This document shows positions 49,708 to 59,495 of a stretch of DNA of 64,000 nt, in pieces. The notes beneath the pieces were generated by a model. It was not told where the DNA came from and did no database searches. It saw nothing but the letters and a program-made list of their open reading frames with translations. Both the position numbers and the translations under genes were made by a program. Position 1 is the first letter of the stretch. Each line of letters starts with the position of its first letter. Source of the stretch: Candidatus Latescibacterota bacterium (GTDB taxonomy: Bacteria > Latescibacterota > UBA2968); the NCBI GenBank assembly GCA_965198115.1, contig OZ240241.1:160001-224000 (forward strand), written 5' to 3'.

Positions 49708-50412
49708 ATGAAAGTGGAGATCAGGAACTTGTTTCGTTCGTCGTATGGCGTACCTAACGGTCTGCAGATGACTAACGATGGATTGTGGATTGCCGACCAG
49801 GTGACCGATCGGTGTTCGTTGATGGATGTCCAAGAGACGGACGATTACTACGGTGTTGCGAAGCAGATCCGCGAGATTCCCTCCGAATCGTCGAACACTA
49901 GTGGTCTGACTTATGGCGATGGCCTGTTGTGGTTCGCGGCCAACGGTGCTGGTGGCAGGTGGCGAACAGCGCGCGATACCGATGCCCCGACCGGGGAAGC
50001 CCACGGTGTGGATCCTGCGACAGGAGAGACGAAGCGGCGCGAGAAGATCCCCGATGGCGGGGGAACACACGGTATCGAGCACGACAAGTTCGAACCCGAG
50101 ACCCTGTGGTTGACTACGCTCAAATCACAGACGGCTACGCAAGTGAAGATTTCTGACTGGTCGATTCAACGGACCGTCAACCTGCCGCTCAAGCGAGCGC
50201 ACGGGATGGTTCGCGTCGATGACGGACTCTGGGTCACGCACACGGGTGACCGCGTCATCGTCAAACTGGATATCGAGACGAGCGAGGAAATGGATCGCAT
50301 CGAGATTCCCGAGCCGCATCCTGAGCCCCACGGGCTTTCGCCCTATAAAGAGGGTTCCTGGGTTTACTGCGACGCGACCTCGGGGTGGATCGCGGAGATC
50401 CAGCTCAGCTGA
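49708..50412 (+). CDS. Small beta-propeller protein (glutaminyl cyclase/Vgb-like fold)
   Basis: ATG after AAAGGA; repeated PNGL/TSGL/THGI/AHGM/PHGL blade motifs. Confidence 0.75.
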   Translation: MKVEIRNLFRSSYGVPNGLQMTNDGLWIADQVTDRCSLMDVQETDDYYGVAKQIREIPSESSNTSGLTYGDGLLWFAANGAGGRWRTARDTDAPTGEAHGVDPATGETKRREKIPDGGGTHGIEHDKFEPETLWLTTLKSQTATQVKISDWSIQRTVNLPLKRAHGMVRVDDGLWVTHTGDRVIVKLDIETSEEMDRIEIPEPHPEPHGLSPYKEGSWVYCDATSGWIAEIQLS

Positions 50413-52577
50413 TGATTCACGGGCATATCCGCGTTCAGTCGGGTGACCGCGTGCCTCGCGTACAGGTGTCCAACAGCCGCGAAGTGGTGTCTGCGGATGT
50501 ACGCGATAGCTACCGACTCCCACGACGGGAAGAAGATCGATTCGTTTTTCTGACGGTGCCCTCGGGTTACGAGTGCGTGGGTCCTTCGTATCAGAGGCTA
50601 GGGGCACCGGAGAAGTACGATTTCGAGCTTCGACCGAGCCTCGCGCGATCGGTCGAGACCTTCTCGTTTGTCCACATTGCCGACGTCCACGTCTCTTCCA
50701 CGCAAAGAGGAGACAACGCGACCGACGTCGACCTGCGTCACGATCTGGACAGGATCTGGAAGGATGTGGGCGACGAAGCCTCGTTTGTTCTGACGACGGG
50801 TGACCTGACGGATCTCGGGACGCGCGACGAGTTCGAGGCGTTTCTCCGTGCCACCGAAGATTTTCCGATCCCGATCTACCCCTGTATCGGGAATCACGAC
50901 GACGGGGATCCAGAAGCGTTACTCGATCATTTCCACGACGCGTTCGGTCCAACCTATTACTCGTTCGATTTCGGCCCAGTTCACTTCGTGGTCTATGACG
51001 GGGTCGGCCACCACTGGCGGGATCCCGATCACCAGGACGCCTGGGTTCGTGCGGACCTCGATGCAATTCCGGCCGGGACCCCCGTGATCTTTGCGCTGCA
51101 TTATCCCTGGGGTCGGTCCTTCTTCGATCGCTTCAGCCAGGACAGGGTGGTCGCCTCCCTTTCGGGCCACTGGCACTGTACACGTATCTTTCGGGATGGC
51201 CCGACCGTTCATTATAACACCCCGACGCTGTGTTTCGGTGGCGTCGACCAGAGCCCGAGGGGCTATCGATTCTGCACCTATCGCGAAGGCTCGGTGACCT
51301 CAGAGATTCGCACACTCGATCCGAATGTCTTCTCGGGCACGAGCTTTCGTCCCGAGCACGACAGGACGGGTGGGCCCGTTGGTTTGTCAGACGACAAGCC
51401 GTGTCCCGATCGGGCGTGGCCGTTGTTCAGGGGTGGGCCGAGACGAACCGGGGAGTCGGAATCCGGACCACGACCCCCGCTCGTTCCCTCGTGGAAGGCT
51501 GGGACTGGCGGCGGGTTGCACATCGGTTCTCCGATTCTCGTCGACCGAACGCTCGTAATCGGTACGCAGAACGAAGACCGGCCCGAGGCGGCGTCCGTCG
51601 TCGCGCTGGACGCGGTCGAAGGCGATACGCTCTGGTCACGACCGATGGAGAATTCGGTCAAACTGTCACCAGCTGCGTACGATGATCTCTGCTTCGCGGT
51701 TTCGGTTACGGGAGAAGTTGTCGGCTTAAAGCTAGCGGATGGCGAACCAGTGTGGTCTTACCGCCTCGGCGATGCGTCCGAGCGGTGGGTCTACAGTTCG
51801 CCTCTCGTTTCGGATGGGCGCTTATACCTCGGAATGAGCCCTCACTTCGTGTCGCTCGATCCGGCAACCGGGGAGGTCCTCTGGCTGAAGGATGATATCG
51901 GGACGAGGGATTGGGTCGCCTCCTACCCCTCGCCCGCTGGCTACGCTGGCTTCGTTGTCATCGCGTTCCACGGTCCGGAGACGAATCTTCTCGTTGTGGA
52001 GAGGGATACGGGTCGGACCGTTTGGAGGAACGAGGAGCACAAGCGTTTTCGGATAAGTTCTACGCCGGTCATCTCTTCGGACGGCTCGATCTACGTGGTG
52101 AGCGCTGCATTGAGCGGTGCGACGTCGCTGGTTCGATCTTTCGATGTTCACACGGGCAACGTTCGATGGAAGTCAAATCTCGGCCGGACACGCTGTATGG
52201 CGTCGCCTGCCCTGTCGAACGGGTTACTGCTGGTACCGACCGGCGATGGCACGCTTCACGCGCTGGACGCAGTGACGGGTCAGGAGGTCTGGTGCTGGCA
52301 AGCCAAGGACGGACTGGCATCGTTTACCCCGTACATTCGGGGTGGCAAAGGGCAAGTTTCGTCGCCGGTCGTTGTGAGTGGCACTGTGTTTTTCGGGTGC
52401 GCTGACGGCTTTATCTACGCCCTGGACATTCGGACAGGCGAAGCGCTCTGGTCTTTCGATCTGGGGGTTCCGACGCTGTCTTCGCCTGTCGTATCAGGGT
52501 CCGGGTTGTGGATCGGCTCGTGCAATGGGATGGTTCACGCGTTCTGTGGACACGCGAATGAGGTGAGTGGTGACTAA
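50412..52577 (+). CDS. Calcineurin-like metallophosphoesterase fused to PQQ/BamB-like beta-propeller
   Basis: ADVH, TGDLTD, GNHD, LH, SGHWH; WPLFRG then SSP..G..YALD..TG..LW repeats. Confidence 0.88.
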   Translation: MIHGHIRVQSGDRVPRVQVSNSREVVSADVRDSYRLPRREEDRFVFLTVPSGYECVGPSYQRLGAPEKYDFELRPSLARSVETFSFVHIADVHVSSTQRGDNATDVDLRHDLDRIWKDVGDEASFVLTTGDLTDLGTRDEFEAFLRATEDFPIPIYPCIGNHDDGDPEALLDHFHDAFGPTYYSFDFGPVHFVVYDGVGHHWRDPDHQDAWVRADLDAIPAGTPVIFALHYPWGRSFFDRFSQDRVVASLSGHWHCTRIFRDGPTVHYNTPTLCFGGVDQSPRGYRFCTYREGSVTSEIRTLDPNVFSGTSFRPEHDRTGGPVGLSDDKPCPDRAWPLFRGGPRRTGESESGPRPPLVPSWKAGTGGGLHIGSPILVDRTLVIGTQNEDRPEAASVVALDAVEGDTLWSRPMENSVKLSPAAYDDLCFAVSVTGEVVGLKLADGEPVWSYRLGDASERWVYSSPLVSDGRLYLGMSPHFVSLDPATGEVLWLKDDIGTRDWVASYPSPAGYAGFVVIAFHGPETNLLVVERDTGRTVWRNEEHKRFRISSTPVISSDGSIYVVSAALSGATSLVRSFDVHTGNVRWKSNLGRTRCMASPALSNGLLLVPTGDGTLHALDAVTGQEVWCWQAKDGLASFTPYIRGGKGQVSSPVVVSGTVFFGCADGFIYALDIRTGEALWSFDLGVPTLSSPVVSGSGLWIGSCNGMVHAFCGHANEVSGD

Positions 52578-53811
52578 GATCAGGATCGCGCTCGTCGGGT
52601 GTGGTGGCATGGGTACGCGACACCTTTACGGGCTCACAGAGTTGACGAAGACGCCATTCTGTCGCGTGGAACTGGCGGGCCTTTGCGATATCAATCCGGA
52701 AAACGGAGAACGGGCGGCCGGTGAAGTGGAAGGGTTGCTGGGGTTTCGCCCACCAGTGTTTACCGACCTGGCTACGATGGCGAAGGATCTCGGGGATCTG
52801 GACGCTGTCGATGTCGTTACAGATCCGTCGTTTCATCACGAGGTCGTGTGCCAGGCGCTCGACCTGGGTCTGCACGTGATGGTCGAGAAGCCGTTCGGCG
52901 TGAGCGTGCGCACGTGCCGGATGATGATGGAGGCCGCCGAGCGAAACGACCGTCTCATTTCCGTTGCCGAGAACTATCGGCGCGATCCTTCTGCGCGGCT
53001 GCTACGATATCTGATCGACCAGGAGGTAGTCGGCAAGCCCTACGGCGCGGTTTTCCACTCGGTTCGCGCGGGGCGAGACATCTTCATTACCCCGTGGCGC
53101 CACCTCAAGGAGCGGGCGGGACCACTCCTCGATCTGGGCGTGCACTTCACCGACCTGATTCGTTACCAACTTGGTGAAGTGGGCGAGATCTATTCCGATG
53201 CCCGGCTGATCGAGACGGAGCGCGAAAAGCCTTTGTCACTCAATTCACCATACGAGTTTTATCGCGCCCGACACGATGCGATGGATAAAACGGTTCCAGC
53301 GACCGCTGAAGATTCGTCTTCGGCTCTGTTTCGAATGGAGAGCGGCATTGGCGTGAACTGGTTTCTCCAGTTGGCGGGGCCGGTGAGCTTTGGCCGCCAA
53401 CTGATCTTGGGGGAGAGAGGCGCCTTCGAGGGATTCGGTAACAGAGGGGGTCGCATCCGTTTGATCGAACCGGACGGCACGACAGTCGAGCAAGAGGACT
53501 TGATCACCCAGTTCAGCGATTTTACGATAGAACCCCTGGCCGAACACTTCTTCCCGACAAAGGTGACAGTCGGCGACGACGCCGTGGACTGGAAGATTAT
53601 TGCCCTCGAGTATCACGAGTTGTCAGAAGCGATTCTGGATGGACGAAAGTTGGAAGTAGACGGTGAAGAAGGGACGCGTGATGTGGCTGTTGCCCACGCC
53701 CTGTGCGAGTCGGCGGTAGCAGGGCGTGCGGTAACGTTGGAGGAGATGATGGGGATGGAGGTTTATGAGTACCAGAGAGAAATCGATGGCTTGTTAGGGA
53801 TCGAACATTGA
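52567..53811 (+). CDS. Gfo/Idh/MocA oxidoreductase
   Basis: VGCGGMG, HVMVEKP, AENYR, DLGVH. Confidence 0.9.
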   Translation: MVTKIRIALVGCGGMGTRHLYGLTELTKTPFCRVELAGLCDINPENGERAAGEVEGLLGFRPPVFTDLATMAKDLGDLDAVDVVTDPSFHHEVVCQALDLGLHVMVEKPFGVSVRTCRMMMEAAERNDRLISVAENYRRDPSARLLRYLIDQEVVGKPYGAVFHSVRAGRDIFITPWRHLKERAGPLLDLGVHFTDLIRYQLGEVGEIYSDARLIETEREKPLSLNSPYEFYRARHDAMDKTVPATAEDSSSALFRMESGIGVNWFLQLAGPVSFGRQLILGERGAFEGFGNRGGRIRLIEPDGTTVEQEDLITQFSDFTIEPLAEHFFPTKVTVGDDAVDWKIIALEYHELSEAILDGRKLEVDGEEGTRDVAVAHALCESAVAGRAVTLEEMMGMEVYEYQREIDGLLGIEH

Positions 53812-53843
53812 CAGGCAGCCGGTCACATTCGATTCCGATCCCA

Positions 53844-53923
53844 CTCATCCCGAGTAGACCACCTCACAGAGCCTTTTGACTATTCCGGTGCATAGCAACT
53901 AAACCTGGTGGTATCGAGGGAGA
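53844..53923 (-). repeat. Fixed-end, variable-core REP-like unit 1 (inverted)
   Basis: CATCCCGAGTAGAC-N51-GTATCGAGGGAGA. Confidence 0.8.
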
Positions 53924-54004
53924 CGGGATCCTACCGAAGGTCGGGACTTTCAACTCGAACGACGGATCTGGCGCGTAATCGAAGTCAATGTATCGCCTGA
54001 AGGC

Positions 54005-54081
54005 TCTCCCTCGATACGACCAGGCATCTGTTTGACCTGACAGAAGAGCGATTGAATCCACGAATTCGTCTACTCGGGATG
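54005..54081 (+). repeat. REP-like unit 2
   Basis: TCTCCCTCGATAC-N50-GTCTACTCGGGATG. Confidence 0.8.
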
Positions 54082-54158
54082 CGGATGGGTCTTCGCAGTG
54101 GCTTGATTCCGAATGTGTTCTGTGCTCCAATGTAGTAGCCAGGAGCGAGGAAGACGGG

Positions 54159-54467
54159 ATCGATTACTACTGTTACATGCTTCGGTGCGCTGACAAGTCG
54201 ATCTACGTTGGCCACACGGATGAACTCGAAACACGCATCGCAGAACATCATCAGGGCATCGCGTCAACTTACACAGCCGCACGGCGACCCTTGGTTCTGA
54301 TCTGGACGGAAATGTTTCCCAGCCGCGACCGGGCTTTCGTTGCAGAGCGCAGGATCAAGAAGTGGAGCCGCGCGAAGAAACTCGCACTGGCTGATGGTGA
54401 TTATGAACTGTTGAGTGTGCTGGGCAAGAAGAAAACGTGGAAGGAACACAGGGAAGGGCGACTATAA
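54159..54467 (+). CDS. Standalone GIY-YIG nuclease (UPF0213-like)
   Basis: YCYMLRCADKSIYVGHT..RIAEH..YT..RRP..ERRIKKWSRAKK; first ATG at 54177, likely start ATC 54159. Confidence 0.88.
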   Translation: MDYYCYMLRCADKSIYVGHTDELETRIAEHHQGIASTYTAARRPLVLIWTEMFPSRDRAFVAERRIKKWSRAKKLALADGDYELLSVLGKKKTWKEHREGRL

Positions 54468-54491
54468 GGTCACGCTGACTAAGCGGTGGGC

Positions 54492-54566
54492 TCTCCCTCG
54501 ATACGACGAGTATCTGGCTTCTATATCGCCGCCCATTGACACTTCTGATTTCGTCTACTCGGGATG
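54492..54566 (+). repeat. REP-like unit 3
   Basis: TCTCCCTCGATAC-N48-GTCTACTCGGGATG. Confidence 0.8.
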
Positions 54567-54738
54567 AGCGGATGGTGTTGCACAAGATGTCTTGTCAGAT
54601 TTTAACGCGGTCTGAGCGGAGTGGGTTAGCCATTCCGGATTCATTGCCTTCCTCCAAAAGTATTGTGAGTATGTAGCGCGATCATAGTCAGGATGGACGT
54701 TCACAACAATGTTCTATCTACAAGGTTCTATGTTCCAT

Positions 54739-56183
54739 GGAGCTCAGGTCAATAGGTGTGTAAAAGAAATCAGGCGGCCATCTTCCCGGCTTCGACCTGC
54801 GGTCCGGTTGAGTGTTTCTGATCGTAGACTTGTTGTAGCAAGTGTGGCGCGGTGAGTTTCCTGAATCGGCTCTCTGCGACCTTGAGCGTACGCCAGATGA
54901 GAGTCGTGGCGTTCCTGACTTTCTTGAATCGCCTGGCGGCGTTTGTGCGAAGCCGAACGGAAGCAAAGGGGCTCTCGACGACGTTCGTGGTTCTCAGGTG
55001 TTTCCAGTGTTCCTTCGGGAAGTCGTAGAACGTGACCATCCGATCCCAGTTTCTTTCGAGCGTCTCCACGGCGGCAGGGAACTGTGAGCGATACCGTGCG
55101 GCAAAGCGTTTCCGGAGCTTCTCGGCCTCCTTTTTCGTGCCGGCATAGGGGATCTGGACGAGCAGTGCGCGGGCTTCAGCCTGTGCACGCTTGGCGACCT
55201 TGTCGAGCACGTTGAGGATCTTGTGGTTCCAGCACCGTTGTTGCCGGCTCTCTGGCCAGACCTGATCAACGGCCGCCCAGATGCCCATATTCCCGTCCGC
55301 GGCGATCAGGACAGGATGTTCGAGCCCGCGATCCCGGAGATCCCGGAGCACCGTGAGCCAGGATTCTGTAGACTCTCGATAACCGGGTTCTATCGCCAGG
55401 ATCTCCTTGCTGCCGTCGCTCATCGCGCCGATCACGACCAGCAGACACGCCTTCTCGCGCTCGAGCCCGGCTTTGACGTAGATGCCATCAGCCCAGGCGT
55501 AGACCAGTTCGCGATTATCCAGACGCCTTTCTTTCCAGTCCTGGAAGTCGACCTCCCACTTCCCTCGAAGACGAGCGATCGAGGTCGGCGAAAGCGGCGC
55601 GCCATCACCGAGCAGCGCACGCAAAGACAACTCGAAGTCGCCCTGGGAGAGACCGTGGAGATAAAGGTCGGGAAGCAGATCTCCAATGGCCCTGGTTCTC
55701 CGGGCGAACAGGGGGAGGATGCGGCTTTCAAACCGCTCTTCCAGACCACGAACCCGGGGACGCCGGACCTTGATCGTTCCGCAGCTCGTCGAGAGACGCC
55801 GGGGCTTGCCGTAGCCGTTCCTGTAGCCCCTGGAGCTATCGACCTCGGCTCGGCGCTCATACCACGACCGGCCCAAGAACGCGGTCGCCTCCTCCTCCAG
55901 AATGGACTGGAACCGGCCCTGGATCTCTTCACGGATCCAATCGTCAACCGTCTCCCACGTCGGCATGGACTTCAATGGGGCTCTATGCGTATGTTCCTTC
56001 ACGGCGATCCTCCTTCCCAACCGGGCCTCTCACCCGGTTTTGTGTGAATCAACTATCTCACGGGACTCACCGCGCCACACTTGCTACAACAAGTCTACGA
56101 TCAGAAACACTCAACCGGACCGCAGGTCGAAACCGGGAAGATGGCCGCCTGATTTCTTTTACACACCTATTGACCTGAGCTCC
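54739..56183 (-). mobile_element. IS256-family element bounded by 119-bp inverted repeats
   Basis: 54739..54857 is the reverse complement of 56065..56183 with one mismatch; no target duplication. Confidence 0.88.
54770..56002 (-). CDS. IS256 (Mutator-type) transposase
   Basis: YRNGY, LYLHGLS, WADG, ADG, QRCWNH, LRTTNVVES; GTG start after AAGGAGG. Confidence 0.93.
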   Translation of the reverse strand: MKEHTHRAPLKSMPTWETVDDWIREEIQGRFQSILEEEATAFLGRSWYERRAEVDSSRGYRNGYGKPRRLSTSCGTIKVRRPRVRGLEERFESRILPLFARRTRAIGDLLPDLYLHGLSQGDFELSLRALLGDGAPLSPTSIARLRGKWEVDFQDWKERRLDNRELVYAWADGIYVKAGLEREKACLLVVIGAMSDGSKEILAIEPGYRESTESWLTVLRDLRDRGLEHPVLIAADGNMGIWAAVDQVWPESRQQRCWNHKILNVLDKVAKRAQAEARALLVQIPYAGTKKEAEKLRKRFAARYRSQFPAAVETLERNWDRMVTFYDFPKEHWKHLRTTNVVESPFASVRLRTNAARRFKKVRNATTLIWRTLKVAESRFRKLTAPHLLQQVYDQKHSTGPQVEAGKMAA

Positions 56184-57092
56184 GGTGAGGCCGAACTCGT
56201 CTACGTGGTGGACGTTCACGGGCCGTCGGCGAAGTCGCTAGCGGAAGAGTACGGGTCCAAGGTCACCGATTCCGCTGGGGCACTGGGGGATCCAAGCGTG
56301 GACGCTGTTGTCATTGCGTCGTCGACGGACACGCACCTCGATCTGATTCTGGCTGCGATAGAGGCCGGGAAGCCGATTTTCTGTGAGAAGCCGGTCGATC
56401 TCAGCCTCGAGCGGGTGGATGAACAGATGGACGCGATCGAGGCGGCTCCTGTTCCCGTCCTGATCGGGTTCCAACGGAGATACGACAGACATATCAGCGG
56501 TGTCAAAGCAGCGATCGACGAAGGCCGACTGGGCGATGTTGAAGTTGTGAAGATCACGAGCCGCGATCCTTCCCCGCCACCGATCGAGTACATCAACGTC
56601 TCGGGCGGGCTGTTCCGTGATATGATGATCCACGATTTCGATCTGGCACGATGGCTTCTGGGTGAGGAGCCGGTCGAGGTGTGTGCGTTGGGAAGCTGCC
56701 TTGTGGAGGAAACCATCGGTGACGCTGGGGACATCGACACGGCAGCCGTGACGATGAAGACGTCATCGGGCAAGCTCGCGCAGATCGACAACAGCCGGCG
56801 CGCCACCTACGGCTACGATCAGCGTGTCGAGGCGTTCGGATCGAAAGGGATGGCGCGAGCGGAGAACGTGCCGACGACGACGGTTGAAGTCTGGGATGCC
56901 GTCGACGTGGCGCGAGAGAAGCCGCCCTACTTTTTCCTTGAGCGATACGCCGATGCCTATCGAGCCGAGTTCGATCACTTTGTCGACGTGGTGAAGGGAG
57001 TCGCAGAGCCCGCCGTGACCGTTCGTGATGGGCGGCAGGCCCTGGCGTTGGCCGGTGCAGCGCTAACCTCGTCGAGTCGGGGCGAACCGTGA
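56184..57092 (+). pseudogene. iolG: Inositol 2-dehydrogenase (IolG-like), 5'-truncated
   Basis: CEKPVD, GFQRRYD, ITSRDP, GGLFRDMMIHDFD, YGYDQRVE, FFLERY; N-terminal GxGxxG missing. Confidence 0.82.
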
Positions 57093-57118
57093 CCCCTTCG
57101 ACGATCGGATGACGTCAC

Positions 57119-58708
57119 TTGAGCGAATCCGAACAACGACTCGACCCCAAGATTGTCGAGGCCCTCGGCCAGCTTCTCGACCTAGCGCCGGAAGACGAGT
57201 GCTTCGAGGCATTTGCGAAGCTTGTGCACACCTACCATTTCGAAGCCGACTCGCTCTACGACGATCGTCTTGACTACAGACTTCCCCCTGCACTCAGCTA
57301 CCATCCACCTATCCCGCCCGGGACAGAACCCGAAAGTCGATTCACCTTCCGCGAGTCTGACGTTGTTCGTCCGAGTGGTGACGAGGCTCTCGCCTTTGCG
57401 CCCGTCCGTGTCCTATCGAATCTGATTGCGACGAAGCAGGTTTCCCCCGTGGAGCTCACGCAGCTCTACCTCGATCGGCTGGAACGCTACGGCAGCTCAC
57501 TGCATTGCGTGGTGACGCTGACGCCCGAACTTGCGTTGGAGCAAGCGCACGCCGCAGAGGAGGAGATCGGTAGAGGTGAGGTTCGCGGCCCACTGCACGG
57601 GATCCCTTGGGGGGCGAAGGATCTGCTCGCGACAGCAGGTGTTCCGACGACGTGGGGGGCCACGCCCTATCGGGACCAGGTTTTCCCCTACAACGCGGCA
57701 GTTGTCGAGAGGCTGACACAGGCAGGTGCTGTTCTGGTGGCGAAGCTGTCGATGGGATCGCTGGCGATGGGGGCGTACTGGTTCGGGGGGATGACGAGAA
57801 ACCCGTGGGATCCGGATTCGGGATCGAGTGGATCTTCGGCCGGCTCTGGTGCGTCGACTGCCGCGGGTATGGTGGGCTTCAGCATCGGGACAGAGACACA
57901 CGGGTCGATTACGTCACCGAGTCACACCTGTGGGGTTGTGGGGCTACGGCCGACGTTCGGACGTGTGAGCCGCTACGGGGCGATGGCCCTGGGCTATTCG
58001 CTCGACAAAATCGGCCCCATGTGCCGGTCGGTCGAGGATTGCGCGGCTGTGTTCGCCACGATTGCCGGCCGCGACGATCGTGATGCGTGTACGGTGGACG
58101 CTGGATTCGGGTGGCCGGTTGACCGTGACGTGCGAGGTCTGCGCATCGGATATGTCGCATCCGAATACGAACAGGTGGAGGAGGATGACGCCTCCGTTTA
58201 CGAAGACGCGCTCGATGTGCTCAGACAGCTCGGATGCGACGTTCGGCCGATCGCGCTTCCGGATTGTCCGAAAGGGTTAATGATGACCGTCTGGGTGGAG
58301 GCGGCGACGGCCTTTGGAGATCTGGCGAAGACCGATGCGCTCGATACGGTGACGGAGAACGATAGCAGCAAATGGGCCTCCGTTTTCCGTGCGGCACAGA
58401 CCATTCCCGCACCGGCCTACCTGAGAGCGCAGAGGCTCCGCACGAAACTGATTGATGATTTCTCCCAGCTGATGAGCGATTGGGATCTGATCGTTGTCCC
58501 GGGGCCCGGCAAGACGAGTATGACGATCGGCAATCTGACGGGTACTCCGGCGCTGACCATTCCGTGTGGATTCGTCGATGGCAAACCCCGCGGCATGACG
58601 TTCATCGGCTCGTTTTACGACGAGGCCGGTCTGCTGGCAGCGGGACTGGCGTACGAATCAGCGACAGACTGGCACTCGCGTCATCCTGATCTGTCGGGGC
58701 TCGGGTGA
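57119..58708 (+). CDS. Amidase-signature family enzyme
   Basis: GPLHGIPWGAKD, SGSSAGS, IGTETHGSITSP. Confidence 0.92.
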   Translation: MSESEQRLDPKIVEALGQLLDLAPEDECFEAFAKLVHTYHFEADSLYDDRLDYRLPPALSYHPPIPPGTEPESRFTFRESDVVRPSGDEALAFAPVRVLSNLIATKQVSPVELTQLYLDRLERYGSSLHCVVTLTPELALEQAHAAEEEIGRGEVRGPLHGIPWGAKDLLATAGVPTTWGATPYRDQVFPYNAAVVERLTQAGAVLVAKLSMGSLAMGAYWFGGMTRNPWDPDSGSSGSSAGSGASTAAGMVGFSIGTETHGSITSPSHTCGVVGLRPTFGRVSRYGAMALGYSLDKIGPMCRSVEDCAAVFATIAGRDDRDACTVDAGFGWPVDRDVRGLRIGYVASEYEQVEEDDASVYEDALDVLRQLGCDVRPIALPDCPKGLMMTVWVEAATAFGDLAKTDALDTVTENDSSKWASVFRAAQTIPAPAYLRAQRLRTKLIDDFSQLMSDWDLIVVPGPGKTSMTIGNLTGTPALTIPCGFVDGKPRGMTFIGSFYDEAGLLAAGLAYESATDWHSRHPDLSGLG

Positions 58709-59407
58709 TTCCGTCTCGTTCGGCGTGTCGAACTGCCGATTCCGACACTGGCTGGGTGGACTGTCATCGCTGCGTGTGTGGGAATGGCATCGATCGTGTT
58801 CATCGGAACGATCTATCCATTCTTGGCCGTGAACCAGCCGATCGGGTCGGGTTCGTTGGTCGTCGAAGGTTGGATGAACCGGACAGACGTGCTCGAAACG
58901 ATCGCATTGTTTCAGCGGGGAGACTACGAGGGGATCTATACCACGGGTGGCCCGGTTTCTGACGGATCCTATCTTTCGCTTCTCTACCCGACACATAAGA
59001 CTCTGGCTGAGATTGCTGCTCATCAGTTTGTGGTGGCAGGGGTCGCCGACGACAGAGTCACGGCTGTTCCCCGGGGTTCTGTCACCCGGAATCGCACTTA
59101 TTCCTCAGCGCTAGCCCTGCGATTTCGGCTGGTGGCTGATGGACTCGACGGTTACCGGCTCGATGTTCTATCGAGCGGTCCTCACGCGAGGAGATCCTGG
59201 CTTTTGTATCAAGCAGCGCTTAGGGATATCGCTGACGTGGGAGTTAAGTCTCTCCCTCCGACCTCCTACGACTCGAATCGGTGGTGGATGACGAGTTCGG
59301 GATTCCGGACCGTGATCTCCGAATGCATCGCGTACTGTTACGCGAAGTTCCTGTTCTATCCGGATGTAGAAGGGGACATTGCCAAATTGCGGCGTAACCC
59401 AAATTGA
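58705..59407 (+). CDS. YdcF/DUF218-like membrane protein, possible 5' frameshift
   Basis: PTLAGW plus TM, LVVEGW, TTGGP, RTYSSA, GPHARRS, RWW.SS.GFR.VISE; GTG 58705 is one base out of frame. Confidence 0.72.
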
Positions 59408-59416
59408 GGACCACTT

Positions 59417-59495
59417 ATGGACAAGGGATATGCCAACCCGCAGCTGCTCTGGTCCGCAGAGCAACTTAGCGATCGGCTGGGGGACGAGCATCTTA
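59417..59495 (+). pseudogene. Rhodanese/sulfurtransferase 5' fragment, interrupted by IS630
   Basis: GAGGA RBS; MDKGYANPQLLWSAEQLSDRLGDEHL joins in frame to RIVDAR after the IS. Confidence 0.88.

Noticed and set aside
53844-54566. CRISPR array
   Set aside because: Units are dispersed, in mixed orientation and bipartite; there is no tandem repeat-spacer run and no cas gene
55902-56183. 396-aa ORF as a full-length dehydrogenase or new fusion
   Set aside because: Its N-terminal part is IS256-derived sequence and lacks the Rossmann GxGxxG motif
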